From: a virus
Lineage: Duplodnaviria > Heunggongvirae > Uroviricota > Caudoviricetes
Direction: 5' to 3' (one strand)
DNA: 59,256 bases
IMG/VR virus record: IMGVR_UViG_3300037510_000134
The notes below the pieces were generated by a model. It saw only the letters and a program-made list of their open reading frames with translations, was not told the DNA's origin and ran no database searches. How positions within the stretch are numbered: position 1 is the stretch's first letter; each line of letters opens with the position of its first letter. This document shows, piece after piece, positions 11,347-20,813 of the stretch. Both the position numbers and the translations under genes were made by a program.

Positions 11347-11687
11347 CTTAACTCATCCTCATCTATGAATTCAAATAGCCCATCTAAATTATACTCTTCT
11401 TCATGCATTCCTAGAGCTTTAGCTTCTGCCCTACGGATAATGGCCTCGGCGCCATTTTCTTCTTGCTCTTCTTCGCCTAGACTTACTCCTTGGATAGCGG
11501 CAAGGAAACGATATTCATCTTCCTTTAATTTGTATGCTTTACCATACATTAGCTCAACTTCTTCCATAGTTAGATTATCCTCAATATCGTCGAAATTCTT
11601 ATACGCTCCTGGATAAAGGTATAGAATCTGTGACTCTATTTCGATTAAGCTTTCCCAGAGGTCGCCATTGCCGCTGCTAGATTTGGG
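11343..11687 (-). CDS. Tail assembly chaperone, frameshifted (-1) C-terminal portion
   Basis: The frame of ORF 11343..11567 is open upstream to 11687 (..DLWESLIEIESQILYLYPGAYKNFDDIEDNLTMEE..) and overlaps the chaperone end in the -1 frame. Confidence 0.75.
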   Translation of the reverse strand, partial: PKSSSGNGDLWESLIEIESQILYLYPGAYKNFDDIEDNLTMEEVELMYGKAYKLKEDEYRFLAAIQGVSLGEEEQEENGAEAIIRRAEAKALGMHEEEYNLDGLFEFIDEDELR

Positions 11688-12001
11688 TCATTAATCTTTA
11701 CCCCAGCTACAACGTCAAGGATGTATTCTAGATCAGGTAGTGTAACGTATTCTGCTAGTTCATTTACATCTGCTAGGGCTGGTTGAAATGTTTCCATGCA
11801 AAATGCAACAGCCTCTAGATACACATCTAGAACTGATCTATTTTCATCTTCTTTTGGATTAACCAGCGCATCTAAGATTTCTGCTAGCTTACGGAACTTG
11901 GCAATTACGAGTGGGTGGATTTTTATCTGTATCTCGTCCCCATTTTCGTCTACATAGCCTTGGAGTTCAATAGTTTCTACAGTATATGCTTTGCTTCCCA
12001 T
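11645..12001 (-). CDS. Tail assembly chaperone
   Basis: 118 aa between the major tail and tape measure genes; ends TCT GGG AAA GCT TAA. Confidence 0.85.
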   Translation of the reverse strand: MGSKAYTVETIELQGYVDENGDEIQIKIHPLVIAKFRKLAEILDALVNPKEDENRSVLDVYLEAVAFCMETFQPALADVNELAEYVTLPDLEYILDVVAGVKINDPNLAAAMATSGKA

Positions 12002-12030
12002 GTTTTTCCTTTCAATAACTTTGTAATTTC

Positions 12031-12060
12031 ATTTTAGCATGCCAAACGATGTTTAGGCAA
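12031..12060 (-). promoter_or_regulatory. sigma70-type promoter
   Basis: TTGCCT-N18-TAAAAT with TG extension, upstream of RBS GAAAGGA and the chaperone ATG. Confidence 0.55.
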
Positions 12061-12092
12061 AAAAGTAAAGTGCAGGCGGACCTGCACTTTAC
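12059..12092 (-). terminator. Intrinsic terminator after the major tail gene
   Basis: 12-bp inverted repeat GTAAAGTGCAGG/CCTGCACTTTAC followed by a T run on the minus strand. Confidence 0.85.
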
Positions 12093-12107
12093 CCTATTAA
12101 CTTTAGA

Positions 12108-12821
12108 TTACGCTGTACCGATTACTCGATCACGTACAGTACCATATTCCGCACCTGAAACTTCACTTGGAAGCACTCGGAATGAAACTGGGAACATAGT
12201 AGCTTCGTTACGCTTTAGTGAGTGAGTAGACGCTTCTACAGATAGAGATCTACGTAGGTGATAAACTCGTTCACGCTTAGCATTGCCAGCGGTACGAGGT
12301 GATCCACCAACGAATACTAGCTGACGTTCTACAGGCTCAACACCAAGAGCACCGGCTTCTAGTCCTAGAACTTCTTCATCTGCTGGAACAGTTACACTAT
12401 CAAAGTCCGTGTCTAGATCGCGCTCAATACCTGTAGCATCTGGCGCTGTACCAACAGCTCCACCATATCTACGTGAAGCTGGAGATTGAGCCCAAACAAG
12501 AACTAGGTTTTCTAGTGTTGCTTCAGTTAGAGAGGTCTTAACTGTTACAGTCATCTTTTGCTTGAACATCTTTGCGGTGTCAAGCAGCTGGTCTACTTCT
12601 ACTTCACCATAGTCAGGACTGTAAGTTACTTCAACACCATCAGATGTGTAACCAACGTTACGGAACGCATTATTTGCCTGCAAGGTTGCAGCATACGGAG
12701 TACCTGATACTGATGCTGGTAGTGTTACTGAGTTCCAACCTGTTTCTAGTGAGCTTACAACTGATGTAAAGATAGCTGCGGCACCAACAATAATGTTCTG
12801 GTTTCTGTATCCACCTGCCAT
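12108..12821 (-). CDS. Major tail protein
   Basis: 237 aa with FRNVGYTSDGVEVTYSPDYGEVEVDQ..; strong RBS GGAGGTG; position in the module; followed by a terminator. Confidence 0.9.
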   Translation of the reverse strand: MAGGYRNQNIIVGAAAIFTSVVSSLETGWNSVTLPASVSGTPYAATLQANNAFRNVGYTSDGVEVTYSPDYGEVEVDQLLDTAKMFKQKMTVTVKTSLTEATLENLVLVWAQSPASRRYGGAVGTAPDATGIERDLDTDFDSVTVPADEEVLGLEAGALGVEPVERQLVFVGGSPRTAGNAKRERVYHLRRSLSVEASTHSLKRNEATMFPVSFRVLPSEVSGAEYGTVRDRVIGTA

Positions 12822-12905
12822 TTTATATTTTCACCTCCATAAAGTATTTTGTTTTAGTCTAGCTTCTTCCGATTTAATTATCTAAGAAAAGTTATTATGA
12901 TGCAA

Positions 12906-13475
12906 CTAAATGCGACCCAGCCCAGTTTGCGCACCGTAACTTTCATTTCTATTTGGTCCTTCGTAAACCGCTTCCATATCTATAATACACATATAGGCAT
13001 TTCTACCGCCTTCGTCGGTGGCTGGAGCTGGTCCGGTTCCACTATCAAAACACACGTTTTTGAAATCCCAAGGATATGTTTCATCTTGTCTAAATGCGTA
13101 ATTCAGGTCTGAGGCAGCCCAATCTTCACGATTTGTTAAGTCATGTACCAGTGTGGCTATTTCAAATAGTGTAGATACGTTATTAGCATAAAATACATAT
13201 GTCACGGTCCAAAACTTAGTCCAAGGTTGATCATGACCACCCTTTTGTTCCGCAGTCCATACACAGAATGGTAAGTCTTGATATTCGCCTGAATTGTAAG
13301 GAGTACTTGATTCTGGACTCTGCTGTGAAACCATCATGAAGGGAAGTTGTACATTTTCATCGCCATCAAGATCTGTAATATAAGCGGTTGCCAATGGTAT
13401 TATTGATTTATCTCGCAATTCCTGCGTCACCCATTTATTAAGCCAATATGGCGGTATGTCACTGTACTTAGACAT
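12906..13475 (-). CDS. Tail terminator/completion protein
   Basis: 189 aa immediately upstream of the major tail gene (synteny). Confidence 0.6.
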   Translation of the reverse strand: MSKYSDIPPYWLNKWVTQELRDKSIIPLATAYITDLDGDENVQLPFMMVSQQSPESSTPYNSGEYQDLPFCVWTAEQKGGHDQPWTKFWTVTYVFYANNVSTLFEIATLVHDLTNREDWAASDLNYAFRQDETYPWDFKNVCFDSGTGPAPATDEGGRNAYMCIIDMEAVYEGPNRNESYGAQTGLGRI

Positions 13476-13477
13476 GA

Positions 13478-14251
13478 TTAATCATCCACCCTTCGGTTTC
13501 TCGCTGACTCTATATAATTTACCCTTAATGAATTGTTAAGAGTTGTAACAAAATTTTTGTCGATTCCTACTGGTGTGATCTTTAATGTTTTAGTTTTTGC
13601 CTTACCGTTCAATCTACTTATACCTACCTGCATAGCCTGCTTGACTCCAGCGTGGATTTTAGGTTCTAGCTGACTTTTAATTATTTCCATAGGCATTGGT
13701 CCGCCAAAATATCTCATAAATTCATTTGTAAATGTTCCCCATACTTCAGAATTACCTTGCCTAGGTATATATATAGTGCGCTTAGTATAAGTTAATACTC
13801 CCGCGCCTTTTGGGTAATCCATTACAAGTGTATTGGCTATTTTAGGTGAGATTCTTACAGGCAACCCCAATTCTAGAACTGGAGCCTTCCAAACAAATAT
13901 GTGATTAGCTTTCACACCGACATCTTGCTTAATTGGTATAACTGGTACAGCTTTCTTTGAAGCCTTGAAATCAAAGGATGCTACTCTGGCAGCTCCTGTA
14001 CCTCTAAGAATATTCTTCCAAAGGCGAGCATTAGGATCTCCCACTCTGCCCCATTCGTACATGTGCTCGAATTGCTTTTGTGAATTAAAAGCTACCTGGG
14101 ACATATGTGTAACAAATGCATTTGAAATGACTCTATGTGCAGCGGTGATAAGTTCGTTTATATGTGCGTTAGTTTTTAGGGTGTATTCTACAGAATTCAC
14201 CATATTCATGGCTTCACCAATTTTAACTGTTTCCATAGTTACCTTAAACAC
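13478..14251 (-). CDS. Neck/tail completion protein
   Basis: Synteny; HMYEWGRVGDPNARLW motif; start moved to GTG 14251, overlapping the stopper gene stop. Confidence 0.6.
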   Translation of the reverse strand: MFKVTMETVKIGEAMNMVNSVEYTLKTNAHINELITAAHRVISNAFVTHMSQVAFNSQKQFEHMYEWGRVGDPNARLWKNILRGTGAARVASFDFKASKKAVPVIPIKQDVGVKANHIFVWKAPVLELGLPVRISPKIANTLVMDYPKGAGVLTYTKRTIYIPRQGNSEVWGTFTNEFMRYFGGPMPMEIIKSQLEPKIHAGVKQAMQVGISRLNGKAKTKTLKITPVGIDKNFVTTLNNSLRVNYIESARNRRVDD

Positions 14252-14675
14252 TACTATCACTCTGATCTGTTGCTCTTTGCAATAAAGTGTCATACTGAAC
14301 TACAGAACCAAATGGATCTATAATTGCAGCAGATCCCATGGCATTATAATTAGTTGCGGGTTGGCCCGACAATTCAAATTCTCTGTAAACTACTTCTGTA
14401 TCATTTCTAATGTTAGTTATTCTTACATCTCTAGGTAACCCTATTTGAGTTTTCATTTTAATGTATTGAACTTTTTCATATTCTTCATTAAATATCTCAT
14501 TAGTTGGTTGTGCTTTAAAGCTTGTAGAAACGAATGGACTAATTGCACAGGCTATGGTTTTCTGAAATGTCCAGCTGTACTTCATTTGACCAGTATTCTC
14601 ATCCAGACTCCTTACTTTTTTGTAAACATCAGCTTGGAGTGGATACATGGCACTGGTTAGACATCCTCCCAGCAT
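14244..14675 (-). CDS. Head-to-tail stopper
   Basis: 143 aa beta-rich protein after the adaptor (synteny). Confidence 0.6.
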   Translation of the reverse strand: MLGGCLTSAMYPLQADVYKKVRSLDENTGQMKYSWTFQKTIACAISPFVSTSFKAQPTNEIFNEEYEKVQYIKMKTQIGLPRDVRITNIRNDTEVVYREFELSGQPATNYNAMGSAAIIDPFGSVVQYDTLLQRATDQSDSSV

Positions 14676-15602
14676 TTATATCAACCCAATACCTGGCGTC
14701 AGTCGGTAATCAGACAGTAATTCATCTGCCTTTGCATTACCAGTTCCTTCGAATGCTCCGGCTGCGAATTGTATTCTCCAGTCACCCATTTTAATGTTAT
14801 CCAGATACTTGTCGCGGTATTTAGCTTCTTTACACATAAAGTCTGCAATTAAAATCTTTGCGGCTTCTTCTACTGGAGTTGGTACAGCGGAGTATCCCCA
14901 TAAGCCAGATACATTATATGTTCTATTTCTAATGAATCTTGGACCACACGCATCAGTCACGATCAAATCGTGAGGATATGGCTGTTGTCTTATTGTCCAC
15001 CCACTGGCTACAATTTCCCAAGCATAAGGATAATTCCAGCCAATTACTGTACCAGATCTAGGTACCGGATTGTCTGTCCAAGTAACTGTATCTAATGTTT
15101 GTAAATGTCTGGGCAGAGCAAGTGAGTTAGTTCCATGACCTTCTACAGCATATGTAGTAAATTCTTGTCCAAATTCTTGTCCACAATAAGAGTTTATTAT
15201 GAATCTAGCAACCCTCTCACACTCTAAGTAATCCTGATATGTTGGAGTGGTATCTGGACTTGCCGGCGCAAAGTATTCCCACAAACAATATGGTGTCACC
15301 ACACTGTAGTATTCAGTAACTGAGAGATTGTTTGAACCAACAGAAAAGCTCCATGTTGCCTTAAGGATACCCTCAGAAGTAGTAACGGAGATATCTTCAC
15401 TGCCCACTGTAGTAGATGTAGGTAGAAGATACTTATAAGTTCCATCAACACCTCCGACAGTAGTAGCAAGTTGATTATCTACTACTTTTGTATCGCCCTT
15501 ATATACGGTGACATGAACAGAGCCGGTGGCATCTGTTAAAATACCATCGACGTATATTTTATACTCTATGTTGCTAATAGTATTAACTAATATCTCTTTC
15601 AT
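14676..15602 (-). CDS. Head-to-tail adaptor
   Basis: 308 aa; N-terminal Ig-like part, then ERVARFIINSYCGQEF...GLWGYSAVPTPVEEAAKILIAD...TGNAKADELLSDY typical of adaptors. Confidence 0.8.
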   Translation of the reverse strand: MKEILVNTISNIEYKIYVDGILTDATGSVHVTVYKGDTKVVDNQLATTVGGVDGTYKYLLPTSTTVGSEDISVTTSEGILKATWSFSVGSNNLSVTEYYSVVTPYCLWEYFAPASPDTTPTYQDYLECERVARFIINSYCGQEFGQEFTTYAVEGHGTNSLALPRHLQTLDTVTWTDNPVPRSGTVIGWNYPYAWEIVASGWTIRQQPYPHDLIVTDACGPRFIRNRTYNVSGLWGYSAVPTPVEEAAKILIADFMCKEAKYRDKYLDNIKMGDWRIQFAAGAFEGTGNAKADELLSDYRLTPGIGLI

Positions 15603-15640
15603 ATGTCCGTCACCATTTTAATTATAGCATTTGCTAGAAC

Positions 15641-16126
15641 TTATCCAAAATAAGACTTGGCTTCTGCTGGAGTAGCAATACGGAATCCGCCGCCCATTGA
15701 TTCAGCTGCATCAATAATGTTCTGCGCTTCATTTTCACTCATCACTTGGAATGGCTGTTGGCGGGTGAATTTACGACCCATAATCTCAAATGTACCATTC
15801 TTTCGTTCCATTTTAACTAAAACCATTTTATCAAAATGCACGGCCTGTGATGCTGGACCCTCACTATCTACCTTAGCGGCAGGAGTAGTCTCATAGGCAT
15901 TACTATTAGGTACAGAAGTTTTATCTTCTGATGTCTGACTGCCACCATTATCATTCCAACGACCTTCGTCATCGTTATCTACGAATTTCTTATAATTTGA
16001 CCAGCTTACCTCAGATTCTTCTAGAGCAGCAACAATTTCTTGCCTTGTATTATTTTCTGTAACATCTACATCAAAATATTGTGCCGCCTTTAGAAGCTCT
16101 CCTTTATTTAGATTTCTAAATGACAT
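15641..16126 (-). CDS. Hypothetical head-associated protein
   Basis: 161 aa downstream of the capsid gene with its own promoter; N-terminal helix-extended-helix-like LNKGELLKAAQYFDVDV...RQEIVAAL. Confidence 0.7.
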   Translation of the reverse strand: MSFRNLNKGELLKAAQYFDVDVTENNTRQEIVAALEESEVSWSNYKKFVDNDDEGRWNDNGGSQTSEDKTSVPNSNAYETTPAAKVDSEGPASQAVHFDKMVLVKMERKNGTFEIMGRKFTRQQPFQVMSENEAQNIIDAAESMGGGFRIATPAEAKSYFG

Positions 16127-16145
16127 TTCTAACCTCCTTCACTTC

Positions 16146-16174
16146 ATTTTATCATCATTCATATTCTCATTCAA
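16146..16174 (-). promoter_or_regulatory. sigma70-type promoter
   Basis: TTGAAT-N17-TAAAAT upstream of RBS AAGGAGG. Confidence 0.6.
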
Positions 16175-16180
16175 ATGAGA

Positions 16181-16203
16181 AGCCGGGGCACTAGACCCCG
16201 GCT
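16181..16203 (-). terminator. Hairpin terminator after the major capsid gene
   Basis: AGCCGGGG/CCCCGGCT 8-bp GC-rich stem. Confidence 0.65.
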
Positions 16204-16222
16204 CTCCTTATGCTATCTTGAA

Positions 16223-17215
16223 TTAAGATACCTTGACGTTGCGAACAACAACAACTGCATCCAATTCTTCCCACTGAACACCAACTCGCGTGTAAACAGT
16301 GTATTCGATTGAGTCCTTCTTTGGCTTGAACTCTCGGTAAACAGTGATTTCTCGCTTTACACCGACAACTCTGTTATTGGGGAAGGTCAATTCGACGTGA
16401 CCGTGCTCACCGCTAGCACCAGAATATGTACCAGTAGCATCTTCAACAAATAGTGGAACTTCTTTTAGAGGTACACCGAATGGAGAACCGGCTGTGAAGC
16501 CTGCTGTTCCTTCAGTACGAACTGGACCGTCAATTACTCGATCAGAACGTGGACCTGCCCAAGGGTCACCACCATTTTGAACATAGCTGTATAGGTAATC
16601 CTGAATTGCATTTGAACCTGAGTAGAATCGTAGTTGATTACGCTTCTGCATGAAGTTACGAGGCATAGCCTTTAGGGCTGTGTTAAATGTCGCTAGTGTT
16701 AGATTTGCACCACCGGCGTCAATAACGTGAGCACCTGCTAGAGCTAGCTTGTACCAACCGTCAAAGTTCTTTAGAGTTCCGTCTGAACTGGTTGTGTCAC
16801 CATTAATTGCAAGGTCTTCAATGTCATTACCCATTTGAGTAGCCATTAGACGTGCAATGTGATCTTCAAGGTCCTGCCCTTCAATGTTGTCTTCTAGGGA
16901 TTCACTTGAAAGTTCCCAGTCTAGTCGTAGCTTCTTGGTTGTAATTGAGACCTTTGTGAAGGTTGCACCAGCGTTTTCACCAGTGTCAACGGCTTCAGTA
17001 GCCCCACGAACAAGTCTACGACCAACGCCTACCTTGTCAATTTCGGCAGTGTCAGCGCGCATACGAATACGACGTGCTTCACCTGGCTGCATAAGAACAG
17101 TAGCGTCCCACATGTAGTCAATGAACCGGTCTGTCTGATCTGCATTTAGTAGGCCACCACCGCCAGAACCAACTTCGGTAGTACGAATAACCTTCTCAAG
17201 AATACTCTCGCTCAT
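16223..17215 (-). CDS. Major capsid protein (HK97 fold)
   Basis: 330 aa; GGGGLLNADQTDRFIDYM, KKLRLDWELSSESLEDNIEG; RBS AGGAG; follows the protease gene. Confidence 0.93.
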   Translation of the reverse strand: MSESILEKVIRTTEVGSGGGGLLNADQTDRFIDYMWDATVLMQPGEARRIRMRADTAEIDKVGVGRRLVRGATEAVDTGENAGATFTKVSITTKKLRLDWELSSESLEDNIEGQDLEDHIARLMATQMGNDIEDLAINGDTTSSDGTLKNFDGWYKLALAGAHVIDAGGANLTLATFNTALKAMPRNFMQKRNQLRFYSGSNAIQDYLYSYVQNGGDPWAGPRSDRVIDGPVRTEGTAGFTAGSPFGVPLKEVPLFVEDATGTYSGASGEHGHVELTFPNNRVVGVKREITVYREFKPKKDSIEYTVYTRVGVQWEELDAVVVVRNVKVS

Positions 17216-17262
17216 TTTACAACTCCTTTCCTTTTAAGATTTTCATTAAATTTTTATTTCTT

Positions 17263-18504
17263 TTACTGGTCGAAACTTGTTGGAAGAAAGCTATTTGACC
17301 AAACACTCTTAGGCTTTGACTTTTTAAGTTCGTCACCTTCGTCTTTTACATCTGATGATTTACGTAGTGCTGTTGCACCTTCAATTGTTTCTAGTCTCTT
17401 CTCGACCTGACCCAATCCTTCTTTGAAGGATGTAAATTCACCAGCAAGTTCTTCATGCTTTGCAAGAAGGTCTTGTAGCTGCTTTTCTACCTTAGCTTCC
17501 ACGCCCTCAACCGCTTCACGAACCTTTGATAGAGCGGCTTCTCTTTCCTGCCCATCTTCAGTTGCCTGTTTCAGAGTCTCTTGAATTGACTCTAGTGCAT
17601 TAGCAATACTTGTAAAGTCTGGTTCATTAACTTTTTCTACTTCTGGAGTAGCTTCTTCATCTGTTACTGGCTCAACTTCTGTATCTGATGTTTCAGTAAC
17701 GACTGCTGTCTCTTCTTTTTGTTCGTTTTCTAGTCCTGACATCTCTTGACCTCCTTCCGTGGCATTATCTTCATTCATTTTAGAAATCTTGTTTGAAGAT
17801 TCCAAGACTTTTCTTACTTCTCCGGTGGGATCTTCTGTAGATTCAAACCAACCAAGAGATTCCAAAGTATTTCTACAAAAGCCACATTTGTGACTATCTG
17901 CCTTAGAAACAAAAGCCATTTCGTCTGATTCACACCAGAATACATTCTCAACTTCAACCTGAGTAGCTATTCCGGTTGGATCTGCCGACTTTTGAATTTC
18001 TAGTACATTGCAAAGTTCATTGCCTGGGTTATCCACCAAGCTAAGCTCAATTAGAGAGTAGTCTGTAATGAAACGCACCATTTTATCTGAGTCTGGAACA
18101 TATTGTTTTGAAATTCCTTCTTCAGAAATAGGACCATAGACTGAAAATCCGCTTAGAGTGCCATCAAGAATCTTTTGCCAAGTATCCTCTGCGCCCTTGC
18201 TAATGTAAACATGAACAAAGATTCCGGTATAAGCTTTACCGTCTGCACCAAAATATTCTTTTTGTTCAAAATCTACTAGCTTCCCCACCGCTTTAAATCT
18301 GTCATGCATTTCTCTAATATTTCCACGGAAGTTAGAAAAGGCTCTCAAGCTTGCATCTGCGGTGACCACATCGCCAGTTTGGTCTACATTGTCAATAGTC
18401 GCCCAACCAGAAACTATACGTCTGTCTACATCAATATTCGCCTTTGATATAGGAATATTGATGTGCACCTGATTGTCTTTTACTATAAACGATGCATTTT
18501 CCAT
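17263..18504 (-). CDS. Capsid maturation protease with C-terminal scaffold-like coiled coil
   Basis: RIVSGWATIDNVDQTGDVV, IREMH, GTLSGFSV, LIELSLVDNPGN (HK97-type protease), followed by an acidic coiled-coil tail. Confidence 0.9.
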   Translation of the reverse strand: MENASFIVKDNQVHINIPISKANIDVDRRIVSGWATIDNVDQTGDVVTADASLRAFSNFRGNIREMHDRFKAVGKLVDFEQKEYFGADGKAYTGIFVHVYISKGAEDTWQKILDGTLSGFSVYGPISEEGISKQYVPDSDKMVRFITDYSLIELSLVDNPGNELCNVLEIQKSADPTGIATQVEVENVFWCESDEMAFVSKADSHKCGFCRNTLESLGWFESTEDPTGEVRKVLESSNKISKMNEDNATEGGQEMSGLENEQKEETAVVTETSDTEVEPVTDEEATPEVEKVNEPDFTSIANALESIQETLKQATEDGQEREAALSKVREAVEGVEAKVEKQLQDLLAKHEELAGEFTSFKEGLGQVEKRLETIEGATALRKSSDVKDEGDELKKSKPKSVWSNSFLPTSFDQ

Positions 18505-18513
18505 AACAATTTC

Positions 18514-18542
18514 ATTCTATATTAAGTGCTTTTATGAAGCAA
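18514..18542 (-). promoter_or_regulatory. sigma70-type promoter
   Basis: TTGCTT-N17-TAGAAT upstream of the protease ATG. Confidence 0.6.
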
Positions 18543-18543
18543 A

Positions 18544-18924
18544 TTACTTAATATTCCTCCTATTCGCCCTGATGTTTATATTAATCATAAAGCAATACGT
18601 TGCAAAAATCAAACCCACTATCCAGCCCATGCCAGTAGTGTTTGCTATTACCATGAAAATCATACCTATTATCCAAAATAGGTATGATGCAGTTGTCATC
18701 CATTGTAACTTCTGTAAATTCCCTTTTATAGAATATACAGTGGTCAAACTACCTACTACAGCCAACATAATGCCTATAAACCATTCTGGAGGAAAGTGTA
18801 AACTATAGGAAGGCATAGATGTAAATGGAAGAGTTAACCATAAGCCCATGAGTGTTTGTCCTGAGCCAAGAATACTTATTAAAGATGTATTAACTGGAGC
18901 CATAAGCTTATGAATTAATTTCAT
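18544..18924 (-). CDS. Multi-pass membrane protein (holin candidate)
   Basis: 126 aa, 3-4 hydrophobic segments, basic C-terminus RANRRNIK. Confidence 0.7.
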   Translation of the reverse strand: MKLIHKLMAPVNTSLISILGSGQTLMGLWLTLPFTSMPSYSLHFPPEWFIGIMLAVVGSLTTVYSIKGNLQKLQWMTTASYLFWIIGMIFMVIANTTGMGWIVGLIFATYCFMININIRANRRNIK

Positions 18925-20456
18925 GGCGTCTTTCTACCGTCTCCTTTTGCATTTCTACCTTGTCCCGCCGAATCGGTGGCACCCGCAGATCTTTCAGAAT
19001 CTCTAGTCCTACTTTGCTTAGATTGTGCGTTTTGTTCTGCCGCCTGTTGTGAATTAGCTTGCCAAGGCTTATTACCTTCACCATCTGGTCTTGGTCCTTG
19101 ACCCTTAGTTGATCTAACTTCATCAGGCACCTTAATACCCATTCTGACATCACGTTCATCAATCTTTGATTGTGTATCTTCATCAGTAAGTGATAGCTCA
19201 TTAAGCTTAAATTCAACTGCATCTGTAATTTCTCTTATTATTTTGTTGAATTTCTTCTCAAATATTTCTTGCTCTGGTCTCGTTACTGATTCCTTAAATA
19301 CTTTATCTGCATCGCGGGCTGCTGCTAGAGTCATGCCCTTTGCATACACGCCCGCGCGTGTGTATGGAGTTCTGTGAACCATAAAGATATCTTCATTATT
19401 TGACCCACGAAAGCCAGCAAAAGCACCATCCTTATCGCCCTTCTCAATTTCTTCAAATTTAATATCTGCATTTTCATGATCAGACAGAGGAATAAAGATA
19501 GTTCTGTGAGGCTGACCTCTAACACCACTTTCGAAGAACTCAATCAACCTAGATACAGATTGAGTTGATAGTGAAGACTTACGAGCAATAATAGCAAACC
19601 TGGGAATCGCTTGATTTTCGAAGAAGTCTAGATTATATCTACTAGCAAATTCATTGCCGGCTAGGGCATTCTTAGCTGCAAATATATCTGGCAATCCATA
19701 GTATGTGTTTGTTGGAGTATATTTCTTCAGGTGGATGATCTCATTAGGGTTTGGATCATCTGTAACGGGATTGTCGTTGGTCTCGCCAAAGTTTCTAAAG
19801 TAAGTGACTAGGTTAGAGAATATCTGCACATAGCCATCACGCTCACGTCTAATACGCATATATTCTGATGGGATGTGTCCAACATAACCAATTTTACCAG
19901 TAATATCCCGGCCTATTTCTATGTATGCATTCCCCGTAGTTTCGTAATCGATTCCTACTTTTCTCAGTACTTCTTCAAAAGCATCTCTGTCGTTACAACT
20001 ATCTAAGAAATCTTCTACTTTATCAGCTACGGTGTTGAAGAAATTATCCGCTCTCTTCATACCTGCTTCAGTTCGAATAGCTTCTTTCTTACGTTTAAAC
20101 TTCTTTGACTCTACTAATTGCCAACCTAGACCAAACATAGCAGAAACCTTTGCATCTACAGCTGAGTGATGGGCTGGTGAGATGTCATAAAGCTTAGCCA
20201 AATAACCCATATTTTCTGGAGGCATAACACAGTCAAGATATGTATAGCCATAGACTATCTCTGGCTCAATTTGCTTAGTACCGGCCTTGCCTTTAGCTTT
20301 TCTGGCAGCTTTCCGCTTGAAATTGTTATTCAGACCAACGAGCTTTTGAACAGCACCATAAGTGATCTCAAATGGATCTGTACTGTCCTTCTTTTTGGGA
20401 GCTGATCTTGGCGTACCAAGCATAACTTCCGTCACTCTGTTGTCTTCGTCTTCCAT
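18921..20456 (-). CDS. Portal protein
   Basis: 511 aa; DYETTGNAYIEIGRD..GYVGHIPS, EIIHLKKYTP..YYGLPD, FFENQAIP; upstream of the protease. Confidence 0.92.
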   Translation of the reverse strand: MEDEDNRVTEVMLGTPRSAPKKKDSTDPFEITYGAVQKLVGLNNNFKRKAARKAKGKAGTKQIEPEIVYGYTYLDCVMPPENMGYLAKLYDISPAHHSAVDAKVSAMFGLGWQLVESKKFKRKKEAIRTEAGMKRADNFFNTVADKVEDFLDSCNDRDAFEEVLRKVGIDYETTGNAYIEIGRDITGKIGYVGHIPSEYMRIRRERDGYVQIFSNLVTYFRNFGETNDNPVTDDPNPNEIIHLKKYTPTNTYYGLPDIFAAKNALAGNEFASRYNLDFFENQAIPRFAIIARKSSLSTQSVSRLIEFFESGVRGQPHRTIFIPLSDHENADIKFEEIEKGDKDGAFAGFRGSNNEDIFMVHRTPYTRAGVYAKGMTLAAARDADKVFKESVTRPEQEIFEKKFNKIIREITDAVEFKLNELSLTDEDTQSKIDERDVRMGIKVPDEVRSTKGQGPRPDGEGNKPWQANSQQAAEQNAQSKQSRTRDSERSAGATDSAGQGRNAKGDGRKTP

Positions 20457-20755
20457 TACAATCCCTTCAACTCATCTAAAGGATCTGGTATTAGGCCCTT
20501 AAGCATTCTCTCATATTGCATCTCAAATTCTTCATCTGAGATTTTACGATACCCCTCTTGAAACTCGGGAGTTCCATCTGGATAACCATAAGCTTTAGCA
20601 GCTTGAGCTAATTCTTTCATTTTCCTAATATCGCCTCTAGTGGCTTGAATGCTTAAAATATACAAACCCTCCGATAGATATTCTCCATTGGGAAGCTTCC
20701 ATACGTAAATACCTTTATTTGTTTCACTAATGATTCTTGTTCTAGGCTTCTTCAT
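20456..20755 (-). CDS. Hypothetical protein
   Basis: ATG at 20755 lies 6 nt after TGG-TATACT (leaderless); its stop overlaps the portal ATG. Confidence 0.75.
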   Translation of the reverse strand: MKKPRTRIISETNKGIYVWKLPNGEYLSEGLYILSIQATRGDIRKMKELAQAAKAYGYPDGTPEFQEGYRKISDEEFEMQYERMLKGLIPDPLDELKGL

Positions 20756-20813
20756 AACCAAAGTATACCACTTTTACCTGAAAATACCCAAATTAATAAC
20801 ATGCTTTAGCCAT

